Source: Candidatus Omnitrophota bacterium
Lineage (GTDB): Bacteria; Omnitrophota; Gorgyraeia; Gygaellales; Profunditerraquicolaceae
Assembly: GCA_042577285.1 (NCBI GenBank)
Contig: JBHPDM010000003.1
Span: 825 to 64,824, forward strand
Length of the DNA stretch: 64,000 nucleotides
Reading direction: 5' to 3'
Both the position numbers and the translations under genes were made by a program. Of this stretch, positions 45,917 to 55,248 are shown piece by piece (the first letter of the stretch is position 1; each line of letters opens with the position of its first letter). Below the pieces are notes generated by a model. That model had not been told where the DNA came from and searched no databases. It saw nothing but the letters and a program-made list of their open reading frames with translations.

Positions 45917-48900
45917 ATGATTGTTGTACTGGTTATCATGTTTCTGGCTGCGATCTCTCTGACCGTATACGGCCTCTTTGTGCCTTATAAGAGAAGCAGA
46001 AAGGCCCGGAAAAGGAGAAAGCCGGTAACTACTTCCGCGGATGGAAATCTGAGCTATGAGCAGGAGAAGATCTCGCAGCTGGAGATTAGGATCGGCTCGC
46101 TTGAGGCGGAATTAGAGAAGGCCAAAGGCGATTACTCAAAGATCCATGGTGAAGTCAAGGAGGCAAGAAAAAGCGATTCAGAGCTGAAGCGGGAGCTTGA
46201 GCGTCGTCAGGCCTGGGTCGGTAAGAGTGAGGAGGAAGTAAGTAAGGTCAAGTCTGAAAAGATCGGACTTAAGAACCGGTTTGTAGAAAAAGAAAAACAG
46301 TTGCAGGTCGAATTTACTAAAAACGTCAACCTGAATAAAGAGCTCAGGGGGGCGCTGGAGAGGATAAAATCGCTGGAGGTAGAGAGGAAGGGCTTGACTG
46401 ATCAGCTGGAGCTTTCAAAGCATAAAATAGAACATTTCACCAAGGAGATGAAGGCGCAGGTGGATAATGTCAAGCAGTTAAAGCGGCGCCAGGATGAGAG
46501 CGAGTGGGTTCCCAAGAAGGAGTTTAATAAATTAAATCAGGAGTACACTGAACTTGAGAAAGAGTTGGAGGCGGCCGAAGAGCGGATAAAGAAACTGGAG
46601 AGTAGGTTTAAAACAGGGGCTGCAGCAGTGCAGCAAGCGCCAACTGAGCCGCAGCAGCCTCAAGAGAGCCCCGTAGAAGCACCCATAGAAGCACCCGAAG
46701 AAGTAGAAGCGCCTGCGCAGGAACCTCCCCCTGAAGAACCTCCCCCTGAAGAACCTCCTCCTGAAGAACCTCCTCCTGAAGAACCTCTTCCTGAAGAACC
46801 TCCTCCTGAAGAACCTCACCTTGCGGAAGCAGACGCAGCGCCGAAGGAGAGGAAGCCTTCCGGAGCTCCCATGATAGAGCTGGAGCGTATCAGGAATATC
46901 GGTATCATGGCCCATATCGACGCCGGTAAGACTACCTTGACAGAGAGAATATTATATTATACCGGCCGCTCCCATAAGATCGGCGAGGTGCATGACGGTA
47001 AGGCGCAGATGGACTGGATGAAACAGGAGAGGGAGAGGGGGATCACGATCACTTCGGCAGCGACCACCTGTTCTTGGAATGAGCACAGGATAAATATCAT
47101 CGATACCCCGGGGCACGTTGATTTTACGGTAGAGGTCGAACGCAGCCTGCGAGTGCTTGACGGCGCGGTGGCGGTCTTCTGCGCCGTCGGCGGCGTGGAG
47201 CCGCAGTCCGAGACGGTTTGGAGGCAGTCTGATAAATACGGGGTCCCTAAGATAGCATTTGTAAATAAGATGGACCGTGTGGGAGCGGATTACTTTGCCG
47301 TGGTCAAGGGCATAGAAGAGGAGCTGGAGGGTAATCCGGCCCCCGTCGTCATACCGATGACCAGCGAGGATAAATTTTCCGGTACCATCGACCTGATAGA
47401 GATGAAGGCATATAAGTACGAAGAGGAATCGCTGGGGAAGGAGTTCCATGCCGAGGAGATCCCGGCGCAATTCCAGGATACTGCAAAGAAGCAGAGGCAC
47501 ATCCTTCTGGAGAAGGCCTGCGCATTCGATGATGCCCTGATGAAAAAGTTTCTCGAAGCCGAAGATTCCATAACCGCTGACCAGATAAAGAGCGCACTGC
47601 GCAAGGGCACAGTCTCCAACAAATTAGTCCCGGTCTTGTGCGGCTCATCCTTAAAGAACAAGGGGGTACAGAAACTTCTCGATGCGGTGGTCTCTTACCT
47701 GCCTTCGCCAAAGGACATGCCGCCGGTATCAGGAACTGACCCGGATGACCCGGAAAAGAACATTCAGAGAGAGCAGAATATCAATGAGCCTCTCTCAGCC
47801 CTGGCATTCAAGGTCCAGGCTGATCCGCACATGGGAAAACTTATCTACGTGCGCGTCTACTCCGGTTTTATTGACAGCGGTTCCTACATTTTTAATTCCA
47901 CAAAAAGCAAGAAGGAACGGGTGGGCAGGATCGTGCAGATGCACGCCAACCAGAGGGAGAATACCCAGTGCGCCTTTGCCGGAGATATCGTGGCTGTGGT
48001 AGGCCTTAATAATACTACTACCGGCGATACTCTATGCTGGCCGGAGAGCCCGGTACTGCTTGAGACAATGGAGTTCCCTGAGCCGGTAGTCTCATTGAGT
48101 ATCTCTCCAAAGAGCCCTAAGGATCAAGATAAGCTTGGTAAGGGCCTGGCCCGGTTGACGGAAGAGGATCCTACCTTTATGGTTACATCTGATGAGGAGA
48201 CCGAGGAGACGATCCTGACCGGAATGGGTGAATTACACCTTGAGATCATTGTCGACAGGTTAAAGGAGGAGTTCGGCGTAGAGGCGGATGTCGGCCAGCC
48301 AAAGGTCGCATACCGCGAGACGATCCTGAAGGAGGCTTCCGGAGAGGGCAAATACATCAAGCAATCAGGCGGACGCGGCCAATACGGCCACGTAGTCATG
48401 GAGCTGGCACCCGCAGAAAAGGGTGTGGGCTTGGAATTTATAGACAGTATTAAGGGCGGCGCTATACCTCAGGGGTTTATGCCGGCAATACAAAAAGGTA
48501 TCAAGGAGGCGATGGATAAGGGGGTGATCGCCGGTTATCCGGTGGTAGATGTCAAGGTCGATATTGTCGACGGCTCCTTCCATGAGGTGGATTCCTCGGA
48601 GCTTGCCTTCAGGTTTGCCTCTATCTTTGGTTTTAAACAGGCCTTTATGCAGGCAGAGCCGGTCCTGCTTGAGCCCTACATGTCCCTGGAGGTCACGACG
48701 CCTGACGAATACGCGAACAGCATCGTCGGCTACATCTGTTCGCGCAGGGGAAAAGTGATGAATATGGAGACAAAGGGCAAGCAGAAGATCATCTCCTCGG
48801 AGGCCCCGCTCTCTGAGATGTTCGGTTATACCACGAACCTCCGTTCATTAAGCAGCGGCCGGGCAAATGCCTCGATGGAGTTTTGCCGCTATGAACAGGT

Positions 48901-48958
48901 GCCAAAGGAGATCACCCAGAAGATTATCGAGGAGAGGAAAAAAGAGAATGAGAGGTAG
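45917..48958 (+). CDS. EF-G family translational GTPase with a 318-aa N-terminal extension (TM helix, basic patch, coiled coil, Pro/Glu repeats)
   Basis: One continuous ORF. A full-length EF-G begins at residue 319 ([34 protein letters not shown]). It is not in an rpsL-rpsG-fusA-tuf context. Confidence 0.85.
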   Translation: MIVVLVIMFLAAISLTVYGLFVPYKRSRKARKRRKPVTTSADGNLSYEQEKISQLEIRIGSLEAELEKAKGDYSKIHGEVKEARKSDSELKRELERRQAWVGKSEEEVSKVKSEKIGLKNRFVEKEKQLQVEFTKNVNLNKELRGALERIKSLEVERKGLTDQLELSKHKIEHFTKEMKAQVDNVKQLKRRQDESEWVPKKEFNKLNQEYTELEKELEAAEERIKKLESRFKTGAAAVQQAPTEPQQPQESPVEAPIEAPEEVEAPAQEPPPEEPPPEEPPPEEPPPEEPLPEEPPPEEPHLAEADAAPKERKPSGAPMIELERIRNIGIMAHIDAGKTTLTERILYYTGRSHKIGEVHDGKAQMDWMKQERERGITITSAATTCSWNEHRINIIDTPGHVDFTVEVERSLRVLDGAVAVFCAVGGVEPQSETVWRQSDKYGVPKIAFVNKMDRVGADYFAVVKGIEEELEGNPAPVVIPMTSEDKFSGTIDLIEMKAYKYEEESLGKEFHAEEIPAQFQDTAKKQRHILLEKACAFDDALMKKFLEAEDSITADQIKSALRKGTVSNKLVPVLCGSSLKNKGVQKLLDAVVSYLPSPKDMPPVSGTDPDDPEKNIQREQNINEPLSALAFKVQADPHMGKLIYVRVYSGFIDSGSYIFNSTKSKKERVGRIVQMHANQRENTQCAFAGDIVAVVGLNNTTTGDTLCWPESPVLLETMEFPEPVVSLSISPKSPKDQDKLGKGLARLTEEDPTFMVTSDEETEETILTGMGELHLEIIVDRLKEEFGVEADVGQPKVAYRETILKEASGEGKYIKQSGGRGQYGHVVMELAPAEKGVGLEFIDSIKGGAIPQGFMPAIQKGIKEAMDKGVIAGYPVVDVKVDIVDGSFHEVDSSELAFRFASIFGFKQAFMQAEPVLLEPYMSLEVTTPDEYANSIVGYICSRRGKVMNMETKGKQKIISSEAPLSEMFGYTTNLRSLSSGRANASMEFCRYEQVPKEITQKIIEERKKENER
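46721..46819 (+). repeat. 15-bp tandem repeat GAACCTCC(C/T)CCTGAA, about 6.6 copies, encoding (EEPPP)n
   Basis: Read directly from the sequence. The copies differ only at a few positions. Confidence 0.95.
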
Positions 48959-48975
48959 GGTTTTTCTTAACAAAG

Positions 48976-50001
48976 ATGTATAAGACGCGGATAATCTGCA
49001 CGATCGGACCGGCGAGCGAAAGTGTGACGGTATTAAGGAATATGATGCTGGCGGGAATGGACCTGGCCAGGCTTAATTTCTCCCACGGCAGCCATGCGGA
49101 GCACGCCCGGCGCATAGATCTGATCAGGCAGTTAAATAAAAAGTACCGGCGGCGCATCAGGATACTGCAGGACCTGGAGGGATACCGGATCAGAATCGGC
49201 AGGTTCAAAAAGGCAGGGGCTCTCGAGTTAAAAAAGAAGCAGATAGCGATTCTGACAAACAAGGGTATCTTAGGTGAAAAAAATATAATACCTTTTGACT
49301 ACGCAGGAAGCCCCAAGGACATCCCTGCAGGAAGTTACATATATATCGACGACGGCAATATTGCCCTGCAGGTAAAGTCAAGGAGCAAAAGCGGACTTAA
49401 GGCGGAAGTGATTGTTCCCGGCACAGTAAAGGAAAACAAGGGAGTCAATATCCCCGGGGTTAATCTAAGATTCAAAGGGCTGACCGATAAAGACAAAGCC
49501 GATATTCAATTCGGGATAAAGCATAAGGTCGATTATATTGCGCAGTCATTTGTAAGAGACAAAAGCGATATCCTTAAGATCAGGAGATTGATCAAGGGCA
49601 GACTCCCCGGATGCAAGTTGATCGCCAAGATCGAGAACCGCCGGGGGATCAGGAACATCGATAAGATCATCGGAGTCTCCGACGGCATCATGATCGCGCG
49701 CGGAGATATGGGAGTTTCAATTCCTTTATATGAAATACCTGTGGTCCAGAAAGAGATCATCAGAAAGTGTAACAGGGCAAGGAAGTTTGTGATCACCGCT
49801 ACCCAGATGCTCGAGAGCATGGTGGAAAATATCCGGCCGACCAGGGCCGAGGTCACCGATGTCGCTAATGCGATTATCGATGGCTCTGATTTTCTCATGC
49901 TTTCAGCAGAAACGGCAGCAGGCAGGTATCCGGTCCGGGCGGTAAAGATGATGAATCAGGTCATCGGATTTACGGAAAGGTCAGGGATTAAAAGAAGATG
50001 A
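48976..50001 (+). CDS. pyk: Pyruvate kinase lacking the C-terminal (allosteric) domain
   Basis: [26 protein letters not shown] and [12 protein letters not shown] motifs. The ORF stops ~30 aa after the last A-domain motif, giving 341 aa. Confidence 0.85.
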   Translation: MYKTRIICTIGPASESVTVLRNMMLAGMDLARLNFSHGSHAEHARRIDLIRQLNKKYRRRIRILQDLEGYRIRIGRFKKAGALELKKKQIAILTNKGILGEKNIIPFDYAGSPKDIPAGSYIYIDDGNIALQVKSRSKSGLKAEVIVPGTVKENKGVNIPGVNLRFKGLTDKDKADIQFGIKHKVDYIAQSFVRDKSDILKIRRLIKGRLPGCKLIAKIENRRGIRNIDKIIGVSDGIMIARGDMGVSIPLYEIPVVQKEIIRKCNRARKFVITATQMLESMVENIRPTRAEVTDVANAIIDGSDFLMLSAETAAGRYPVRAVKMMNQVIGFTERSGIKRR

Positions 50002-50375
50002 AGAAGAGGATCTACTACCACCATACGGATTGCGGAGGGGTAGTCTATTACGCAAAATACCTTGAGTTTCTTGAGGAGGCGCGCACAGAGCTCCTTGAGG
50101 AGAGAGGGATCTTCGTAAAAGAGCTCATAAAACAGGGGACCCTGTTTGTTGTTGCAAGGCAGGAGATCGATTATAAGGCTCCGGCTTTTTACGGGGATCT
50201 GTTACAAATAGAGACGCGGATAGCTGGCCTTGGCAGGGCGAAGATAGAGTTTGAATACGAGATAAAAAATCAGTCCGGTAAGCTCATCTCTACGGCAAAG
50301 ACAGTGTTCGTTTTCGTAGATAAAGACCTGAAGCCAAAGGCTGTTCCTGAAGATGTCCGGCAGAAGATAAAATAG
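49998..50375 (+). CDS. 4HBT/YbgC-type acyl-CoA thioesterase
   Basis: Hotdog-fold pattern ([24 protein letters not shown]) with the catalytic Asp context. Confidence 0.8.
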   Translation: MKKRIYYHHTDCGGVVYYAKYLEFLEEARTELLEERGIFVKELIKQGTLFVVARQEIDYKAPAFYGDLLQIETRIAGLGRAKIEFEYEIKNQSGKLISTAKTVFVFVDKDLKPKAVPEDVRQKIK

Positions 50376-50385
50376 GGGGCGGTAA

Positions 50386-50886
50386 ATGGATGCGATGCAG
50401 GGTATCAAAAACAGAAGAAGCATCAGGGAATATCAGGATAAGCCGATACCTAAAGATGCGCTCGAGAAGTTGGTGGATGCGGCAAGGTTTGCGCCGACAG
50501 CCAGGGGGGTCCAGCCCTGGGAGTTTATTGTCATCACTGACACGGCAGTATTGGAAAAGTTAGGCGAGCTGGCGGAGAACGGAAAATTTATCGGCCGGGC
50601 AAAGGCAGCGATAGCGATATTCTGCGCCGAAACCAAATATTACCTTGAAGATGGTTGCGGGGCAACGGAGAATATATTGCTGGCAGCCACTGCCCTGGGG
50701 ATCGGCTCCTGCTGGGTCGCAGGGGATAAAAAACCTTACTGTCCGCAAGTCGCAAGGTTACTGAATGTTCCGGACAAATTTAAACTTGTCAGCATGGTCT
50801 CTCTGGGGTATCCTAAGGAGCAGGGTAGTTTTAAGGTTAAGGATAAGAGGAAATTAGATGAAATGATCCACTGGGAGAAGTTTTAG
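50386..50886 (+). CDS. Nitroreductase family protein
   Basis: RRSIREY, ARFAPTA...QPW and LAAT.LG.GSCW motifs. Confidence 0.85.
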   Translation: MDAMQGIKNRRSIREYQDKPIPKDALEKLVDAARFAPTARGVQPWEFIVITDTAVLEKLGELAENGKFIGRAKAAIAIFCAETKYYLEDGCGATENILLAATALGIGSCWVAGDKKPYCPQVARLLNVPDKFKLVSMVSLGYPKEQGSFKVKDKRKLDEMIHWEKF

Positions 50887-51288
50887 ATGGCATCTGATTT
50901 TTATAAAAAGGTCGAAGAGATCATAGAGAAGGATAAGCGCTACAAGGCTGATGCCTATGAATTCGTCATGCACGCCCTGGGCTTTACGCAGAAGAAGTTG
51001 AAACGGCAGGGGCACGTTACCGGCGCAGAGCTGGTAAAAGGGATCAGGGATATGGGCCTTGAGTTGTACGGGCCGATGGCGCTCAATGTCCTGACCCACT
51101 GGGGGATCAAGACTACGTCAGATTTCGGTGAAATGGTCTTTAATATGATCGAATGCGGCCTGATGGGTAAGACCGAGAAGGATTCACGTAAAGACTTCCG
51201 GGATATATATGATTTAAAGGATGTATTCGACAGCAAGAAGCAGTTTAAGCTGAAAGAAAAAGATTTTGTAACTGATGGCCACCCTTAA
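50887..51288 (+). CDS. Conserved hypothetical protein (resembles the PVC-superphylum family annotated Minf_1886)
   Basis: Recognition is from memory of the motif Y...AY.FV..AL.....K.....HV.G.EL. Low certainty. Confidence 0.35.
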   Translation: MASDFYKKVEEIIEKDKRYKADAYEFVMHALGFTQKKLKRQGHVTGAELVKGIRDMGLELYGPMALNVLTHWGIKTTSDFGEMVFNMIECGLMGKTEKDSRKDFRDIYDLKDVFDSKKQFKLKEKDFVTDGHP

Positions 51289-51553
51289 CCGGAGTGATCT
51301 GAGGTCCTTTACGTTTTTAAGCCGCACCGGCTGTCTTTTGCCCTTCTTGATATTCTTTAATCTTTTCTTTGGCTGGATGTTCTTAAGGCCTGCGCATTGG
51401 CTCCTCTTAGAGGGGCTGTTGATCCTGTTTTTCCTGATCAATAGCTATATAATCACGCGTAAAGTGGTCTCTACCGCTTCCCGGTACGATAATACTATAG
51501 ATACAGAGGGTGAGGTTGTGGATGAGCGGAAGAATGGGCAAGTTAAGGATTGA
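51275..51553 (+). CDS. Small membrane protein, unknown function
   Basis: Two hydrophobic helices. No recognisable family. Confidence 0.35.
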   Translation: MATLNRSDLRSFTFLSRTGCLLPFLIFFNLFFGWMFLRPAHWLLLEGLLILFFLINSYIITRKVVSTASRYDNTIDTEGEVVDERKNGQVKD

Positions 51554-51622
51554 TTTTTTGCGCTTGTGTTATCATAGTCACGGTTTTTGAGATTAAAAAA
51601 TTGTTAGCGAGGAGGATGCTCG

Positions 51623-53725
51623 ATGAATGGCGTTAATCTATTATGGATGGCACCGGTAGGCTCGATCCTTGCCCTGTCATTTGCGGTATATTTTACTCTT
51701 TTTATCCTTAGGCAGAGTGAAGGCACCGATAAGATGAAGGAGATCGCCCAGGCAGTAAGGGTCGGGGCAAAGGCCTACATCAGGAGGCAGTACCTGGTGG
51801 TATCGCTCTTCTTTGCCGTAGTATTCCTGATCCTCTTATTTATGGTCTCTAAGGGGTATCTTGTTATATTCGTGCCCTTTGCTTTTCTTACCGGAGGTTT
51901 TTTCTCCGGGCTTGCGGGTTTTATCGGGATGACCGTTGCCACACAATCTTCCGACCGCACTGCAGCAGCCGCGATGAAGAGCCTTAATTCGGGCCTGCGC
52001 GTTGCCTTCTCAAGCGGTGCGGTAATGGGCCTGGTAGTGGTGGGCCTGGGGCTTTTGGATCTAAGCGTCTGGTATTATTTTCTTGACTGGTATTACACTT
52101 CGAACCCGGTACCCATGGGGTTTGATAAGATCACTGCTATAACTTCTACTATGCTTTGTTTCGGTATGGGCGCAAGCTCTCAGGCGCTCTTTGCGCGCGT
52201 GGGAGGAGGAATTTTTACCAAGGCAGCTGATGTGGGAGCGGATTTAGTCGGTAAAGTCGAAGCGGGTATCCCTGAAGATGACCCGCGGAATCCCGCGGTC
52301 ATCGCCGATAATGTCGGGGATAATGTCGGTGATGTAGCCGGGATGGGCGCAGATCTTTATGAGTCCTACGTCGGCTCCATTGTCGCCACAGCTGCTTTGG
52401 GTGTAGCTGCCGGGCTGGGCCTGGCAGGTGTCACCGTCCCCATGGTCATGGCTGCAGTCGGTGTTGTCGCTTCGATCATCGGTACGTTCTTTGTCAGGGC
52501 TAAAGAGGAAGCAAATCAGAAGGTCCTCCTGGGAGCATTAAGGAGGGGGGTTTTTATCAGCGCTGCATTAGTGGCAGTGATCTCGTATCCCCTGATCAAG
52601 GCTACTTTGGGGATCGAGCGCATCGGCGTTTACTGGTCGGTGATTTCAGGATTACTTGCCGGAGTCCTGATCGGGCTCTCTACGGAATTTTATACCTCAA
52701 GCCACTTTAAGCCTACGCGCTCTGTTGCTGATGCAGCCCTGACCGGTCCGGCAACAGTGGTTATCAGCGGCATGGCCGTGGGGATGATGTCAACAGCCTT
52801 TCCGATCATCGTGGTCGCAGGCGCGGTATTGGCGAGCTTCTATGTTTCGGGTGGTGCTACTAACTTTAATGCCGGCCTATATGGCGTGGGGATCTCTGCG
52901 GTAGGCATGCTTTCTACGTTGGGGATAACTCTGGCCACAGATGCCTACGGCCCGGTCGCTGATAATGCCGGAGGCTGCGCCCAGATGGCTGACCTGGATC
53001 CTGAGGTACGCAAGAGAACAGATGCCTTTGATGCGCTGGGAAATACTACGGCTGCCACAGGAAAAGGCTTTGCCATCGGCTCAGCTGCTTTAACTGCGCT
53101 TGCTCTGATCGCTGCTTATAAAGAGCGCGTGGTTTTATACGGCGGGGATATGGAGTTAAGCCTGATGAACCCGATCGTCCTGGCGGGTTTATTTATCGGT
53201 GCGATGATGCCTTTCGTTTTTTGCTCGATGACCATGCGGGCAGTAGGCAGGGCCGCCGGTAAGATCGTAGTCGAAGTACGCAGGCAGTTCAAAGAGATAT
53301 TAGGTATCATGAATGGGAAAGCCAAGCCCGACTATGCCCGTTGCGTTAAGATCGCCACCGTAGCTGCCCAGAAGGAGATGATCATCCCCTCCTTGATGGC
53401 ATTATGTGTTCCGATCGCCGTTGGGTTGCTTATTGGCGTTGAGGGCGTAGCAGGGCTTCTGACCGGGGCGACAGTCGCCGGTTTTGTGCTTGCAGTGATG
53501 ATGGCTAATGCCGGAGGCGCCTGGGATAATGCCAAGAAGTATATAGAAGAAGGCCATCACGGCGGCAAGGGTTCCTTTGCCCATAAGGCAGGAGTAGTCG
53601 GGGATACCGTAGGCGACCCCTTTAAAGATACCTCCGGCCCAAGCATAAACATCCTGATCAAGCTTATGTCCATGGTCTCCATAGTTTTCGCTTCTTTCGT
53701 GATCAGCAACTCCCTCCTCAAATAA
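51623..53725 (+). CDS. hppA: Membrane-bound ion-translocating pyrophosphatase
   Basis: [28 protein letters not shown] and GDTVGDP.KDT.GPS.N motifs. About 16 TM segments. Confidence 0.95.
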   Translation: MNGVNLLWMAPVGSILALSFAVYFTLFILRQSEGTDKMKEIAQAVRVGAKAYIRRQYLVVSLFFAVVFLILLFMVSKGYLVIFVPFAFLTGGFFSGLAGFIGMTVATQSSDRTAAAAMKSLNSGLRVAFSSGAVMGLVVVGLGLLDLSVWYYFLDWYYTSNPVPMGFDKITAITSTMLCFGMGASSQALFARVGGGIFTKAADVGADLVGKVEAGIPEDDPRNPAVIADNVGDNVGDVAGMGADLYESYVGSIVATAALGVAAGLGLAGVTVPMVMAAVGVVASIIGTFFVRAKEEANQKVLLGALRRGVFISAALVAVISYPLIKATLGIERIGVYWSVISGLLAGVLIGLSTEFYTSSHFKPTRSVADAALTGPATVVISGMAVGMMSTAFPIIVVAGAVLASFYVSGGATNFNAGLYGVGISAVGMLSTLGITLATDAYGPVADNAGGCAQMADLDPEVRKRTDAFDALGNTTAATGKGFAIGSAALTALALIAAYKERVVLYGGDMELSLMNPIVLAGLFIGAMMPFVFCSMTMRAVGRAAGKIVVEVRRQFKEILGIMNGKAKPDYARCVKIATVAAQKEMIIPSLMALCVPIAVGLLIGVEGVAGLLTGATVAGFVLAVMMANAGGAWDNAKKYIEEGHHGGKGSFAHKAGVVGDTVGDPFKDTSGPSINILIKLMSMVSIVFASFVISNSLLK

Positions 53726-53734
53726 CCCCCAATC

Positions 53735-53838
53735 AAAAAGGGACGCTCTTTTTGCTAAGGCGGAAACTGTCCCCTTATCCACAAGGGCTGTGGACAAAAG
53801 GGACACTTTCCCGATTGGCAAAAAGAGCGTCCCTTTTT
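53735..53838. repeat. Nested-palindrome element, copy 1 (about 104 bp)
   Basis: Outer 21-bp perfect arms AAAAAGGGACGCTCTTTTTGC / GCAAAAAGAGCGTCCCTTTTT. Middle arms GGAAACTGTCCC / GGGACACTTTCC. Inner arms TCCACA / TGTGGA. Homologous to 58803..58902. Confidence 0.9.
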
Positions 53839-53860
53839 ATACGCCAGAGACGTTTTTGTA

Positions 53861-53887
53861 TTGACAGGGGGGATTTGGTGGTATAAT
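53861..53887 (+). promoter_or_regulatory. Promoter with an extended -10 (TTGACA ... TGGTATAAT) for the ECF sigma operon
   Basis: TTGACA at 53861, TG at 53879-80 and TATAAT at 53882..53887. The ATG follows 9 nt later, which implies a leaderless or near-leaderless mRNA. Confidence 0.5.
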
Positions 53888-53896
53888 TGCTTTACT

Positions 53897-54502
53897 ATGG
53901 ACGATTTGGAGTTTGTCCAAAGGTGCGTCAAGGGGGACAAGCCCGCTTGGGATGAATTCGTAACAAGATATTCCCGCCTCATATATAGCTATATCTACAG
54001 CGTCCTTAAGATTAAAGGCTCGGCGTTGGCAAAGGAGAGCGTCGATGACCTGCTTCATGAGATATTCGTTTCGTTAATCAAAGACAACTTCAAAAAGCTA
54101 AAGACCTTTAAGGCTAAAAACGGCTGCAGCCTGGCAAGCTGGTTGAGGCAGGTCACGATCAACCGCACGATAGATTACGTGCGCAGGGTCAAGCCGGTCA
54201 TATCAATTGACGAGGAGAGGAAAGAAGGTTTTAGTTTAAAGGATGTGTTAGCTGATACCTCGCGGGGTGCTGCGGATATCTCAGAGAGCTCTGAGAAGAT
54301 CAGCCACCTAAAGGATTGCATCAGCAGGCTTGATAAGGATGATAAGTATTTTTTGGCTTTGTATCTTGATAAAGGCCTCTCGCTTGAGGAATTAAAGAGG
54401 CATCTTAAGATCTCCAGGGGCGCTGTTGATATGCGAAAGCTTAGGATCATCGGCAGGCTAAGGGATTGTTTTAAAAATAAGGGCTTTGTGTTAGATTTTT
54501 AA
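53897..54502 (+). CDS. ECF-type RNA polymerase sigma-70 factor
   Basis: Region 2 (W.EFV.RYSRLIYSYI, DDLLHEIFVSL) and a region 4 HTH (LSLEELKRHLKISRGAVDMRKLRIIGRLR). The start is set at ATG 53897. Confidence 0.85.
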   Translation: MDDLEFVQRCVKGDKPAWDEFVTRYSRLIYSYIYSVLKIKGSALAKESVDDLLHEIFVSLIKDNFKKLKTFKAKNGCSLASWLRQVTINRTIDYVRRVKPVISIDEERKEGFSLKDVLADTSRGAADISESSEKISHLKDCISRLDKDDKYFLALYLDKGLSLEELKRHLKISRGAVDMRKLRIIGRLRDCFKNKGFVLDF

Positions 54503-54540
54503 GATTACGACGTCTATTATATTAGGAGAGGAATAAAAAG

Positions 54541-55242
54541 ATGTTGCAAAAAATAGAGCAGTTAGCCAGATTCGCATACAGAAGATGGAGATCCGACACG
54601 CCTCGGGCAGGAGCCCACCCGGAAGAAGAGGCGATAGCCTGTTTCCTGGAGGACAAATTATCCAAAAAAGAGTCCGAAGAGATCAAAGTGCACCTGGTCT
54701 CTTGCGATAGATGCCTTGAGGCAGCCGCGCTGCATATAAGATCGGATAAGCCCGAAATAAAGGATTTACCTGAAGAGCTGCTGGTGCGCCTAAAAGACCT
54801 GGTGGATAAACAGGAGCATGTATCTGTATTAGAAGTATTATTGAAGCTTGGAGAGGAAGCCCTGGAGTTGTTGAGCACTACCGGCGATGTATTAGTGGGG
54901 CAGGAGCTGGTACCTGCGTCACTTTTGCGCGGCCGCAAGATCAAAGATTTCAAGGATCAGGTCATCGTCTTAAAGGATTTCGGCGATATCAGGGTCGAGG
55001 CGGTGATTAAGAATAAGCAGGGTAAAGCCCTCAGTCTGAGTGTTACAATAAAGGAAAAAGAGACTCAAAAGATAATCAAAGATCTAAGGGTCACCCTTAA
55101 AAAGGGCGATTTAGAACTTGAATCATATCTTACTGATTCCGGTAAAGCCGTCTTTGGGCATGTAATGTTGGGCAAATATACGGTTGAAATATCTACAGTC
55201 AAAGACAAAGTCGCCTCTGTTGTTTTAGATATAAGGAAGTAA
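54541..55242 (+). CDS. Putative soluble zinc-binding anti-sigma factor (zf-HC2 type) with a beta-rich C-terminal domain
   Basis: H-x3-C-x2-C motif (HLVSCDRC) about 50 aa from the N-terminus. No TM segment. It sits directly after the ECF sigma gene. Confidence 0.65.
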   Translation: MLQKIEQLARFAYRRWRSDTPRAGAHPEEEAIACFLEDKLSKKESEEIKVHLVSCDRCLEAAALHIRSDKPEIKDLPEELLVRLKDLVDKQEHVSVLEVLLKLGEEALELLSTTGDVLVGQELVPASLLRGRKIKDFKDQVIVLKDFGDIRVEAVIKNKQGKALSLSVTIKEKETQKIIKDLRVTLKKGDLELESYLTDSGKAVFGHVMLGKYTVEISTVKDKVASVVLDIRK

Positions 55243-55248
55243 ACAACC

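Noticed and set aside
46532-46915. Minus-strand ORF encoding an [10 protein letters not shown]-type repeat protein opposite the EF-G extension.
   Set aside because: It is the antisense reading of the 15-bp (EEPPP)n repeat. It has no SD or promoter and is fully nested in a well-supported + strand gene. The same reasoning applies to essentially all other antisense track ORFs nested in confident genes.
16165-48958. Considered whether the two unexpected in-frame fusions (Maf-M48 and extension-EF-G) signal an alternative genetic code or stop-codon reassignment.
   Set aside because: Reassignment would fragment ORFs under the standard code, not fuse them. TAA, TAG and TGA all terminate confidently identified genes of normal length in this window (for example cysS TAA, the PSP1 gene TAG, metG TGA).
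53402-53982. Minus-strand ORFs near both palindrome copies share the peptide KGTVS(A/R)LAKRASL (also 58693..58887), which could suggest a repeated small gene.
   Set aside because: The shared peptide is the translation of the conserved palindromic DNA element. There are no start or SD signals, and the ORFs overlap hppA and the PKD gene.
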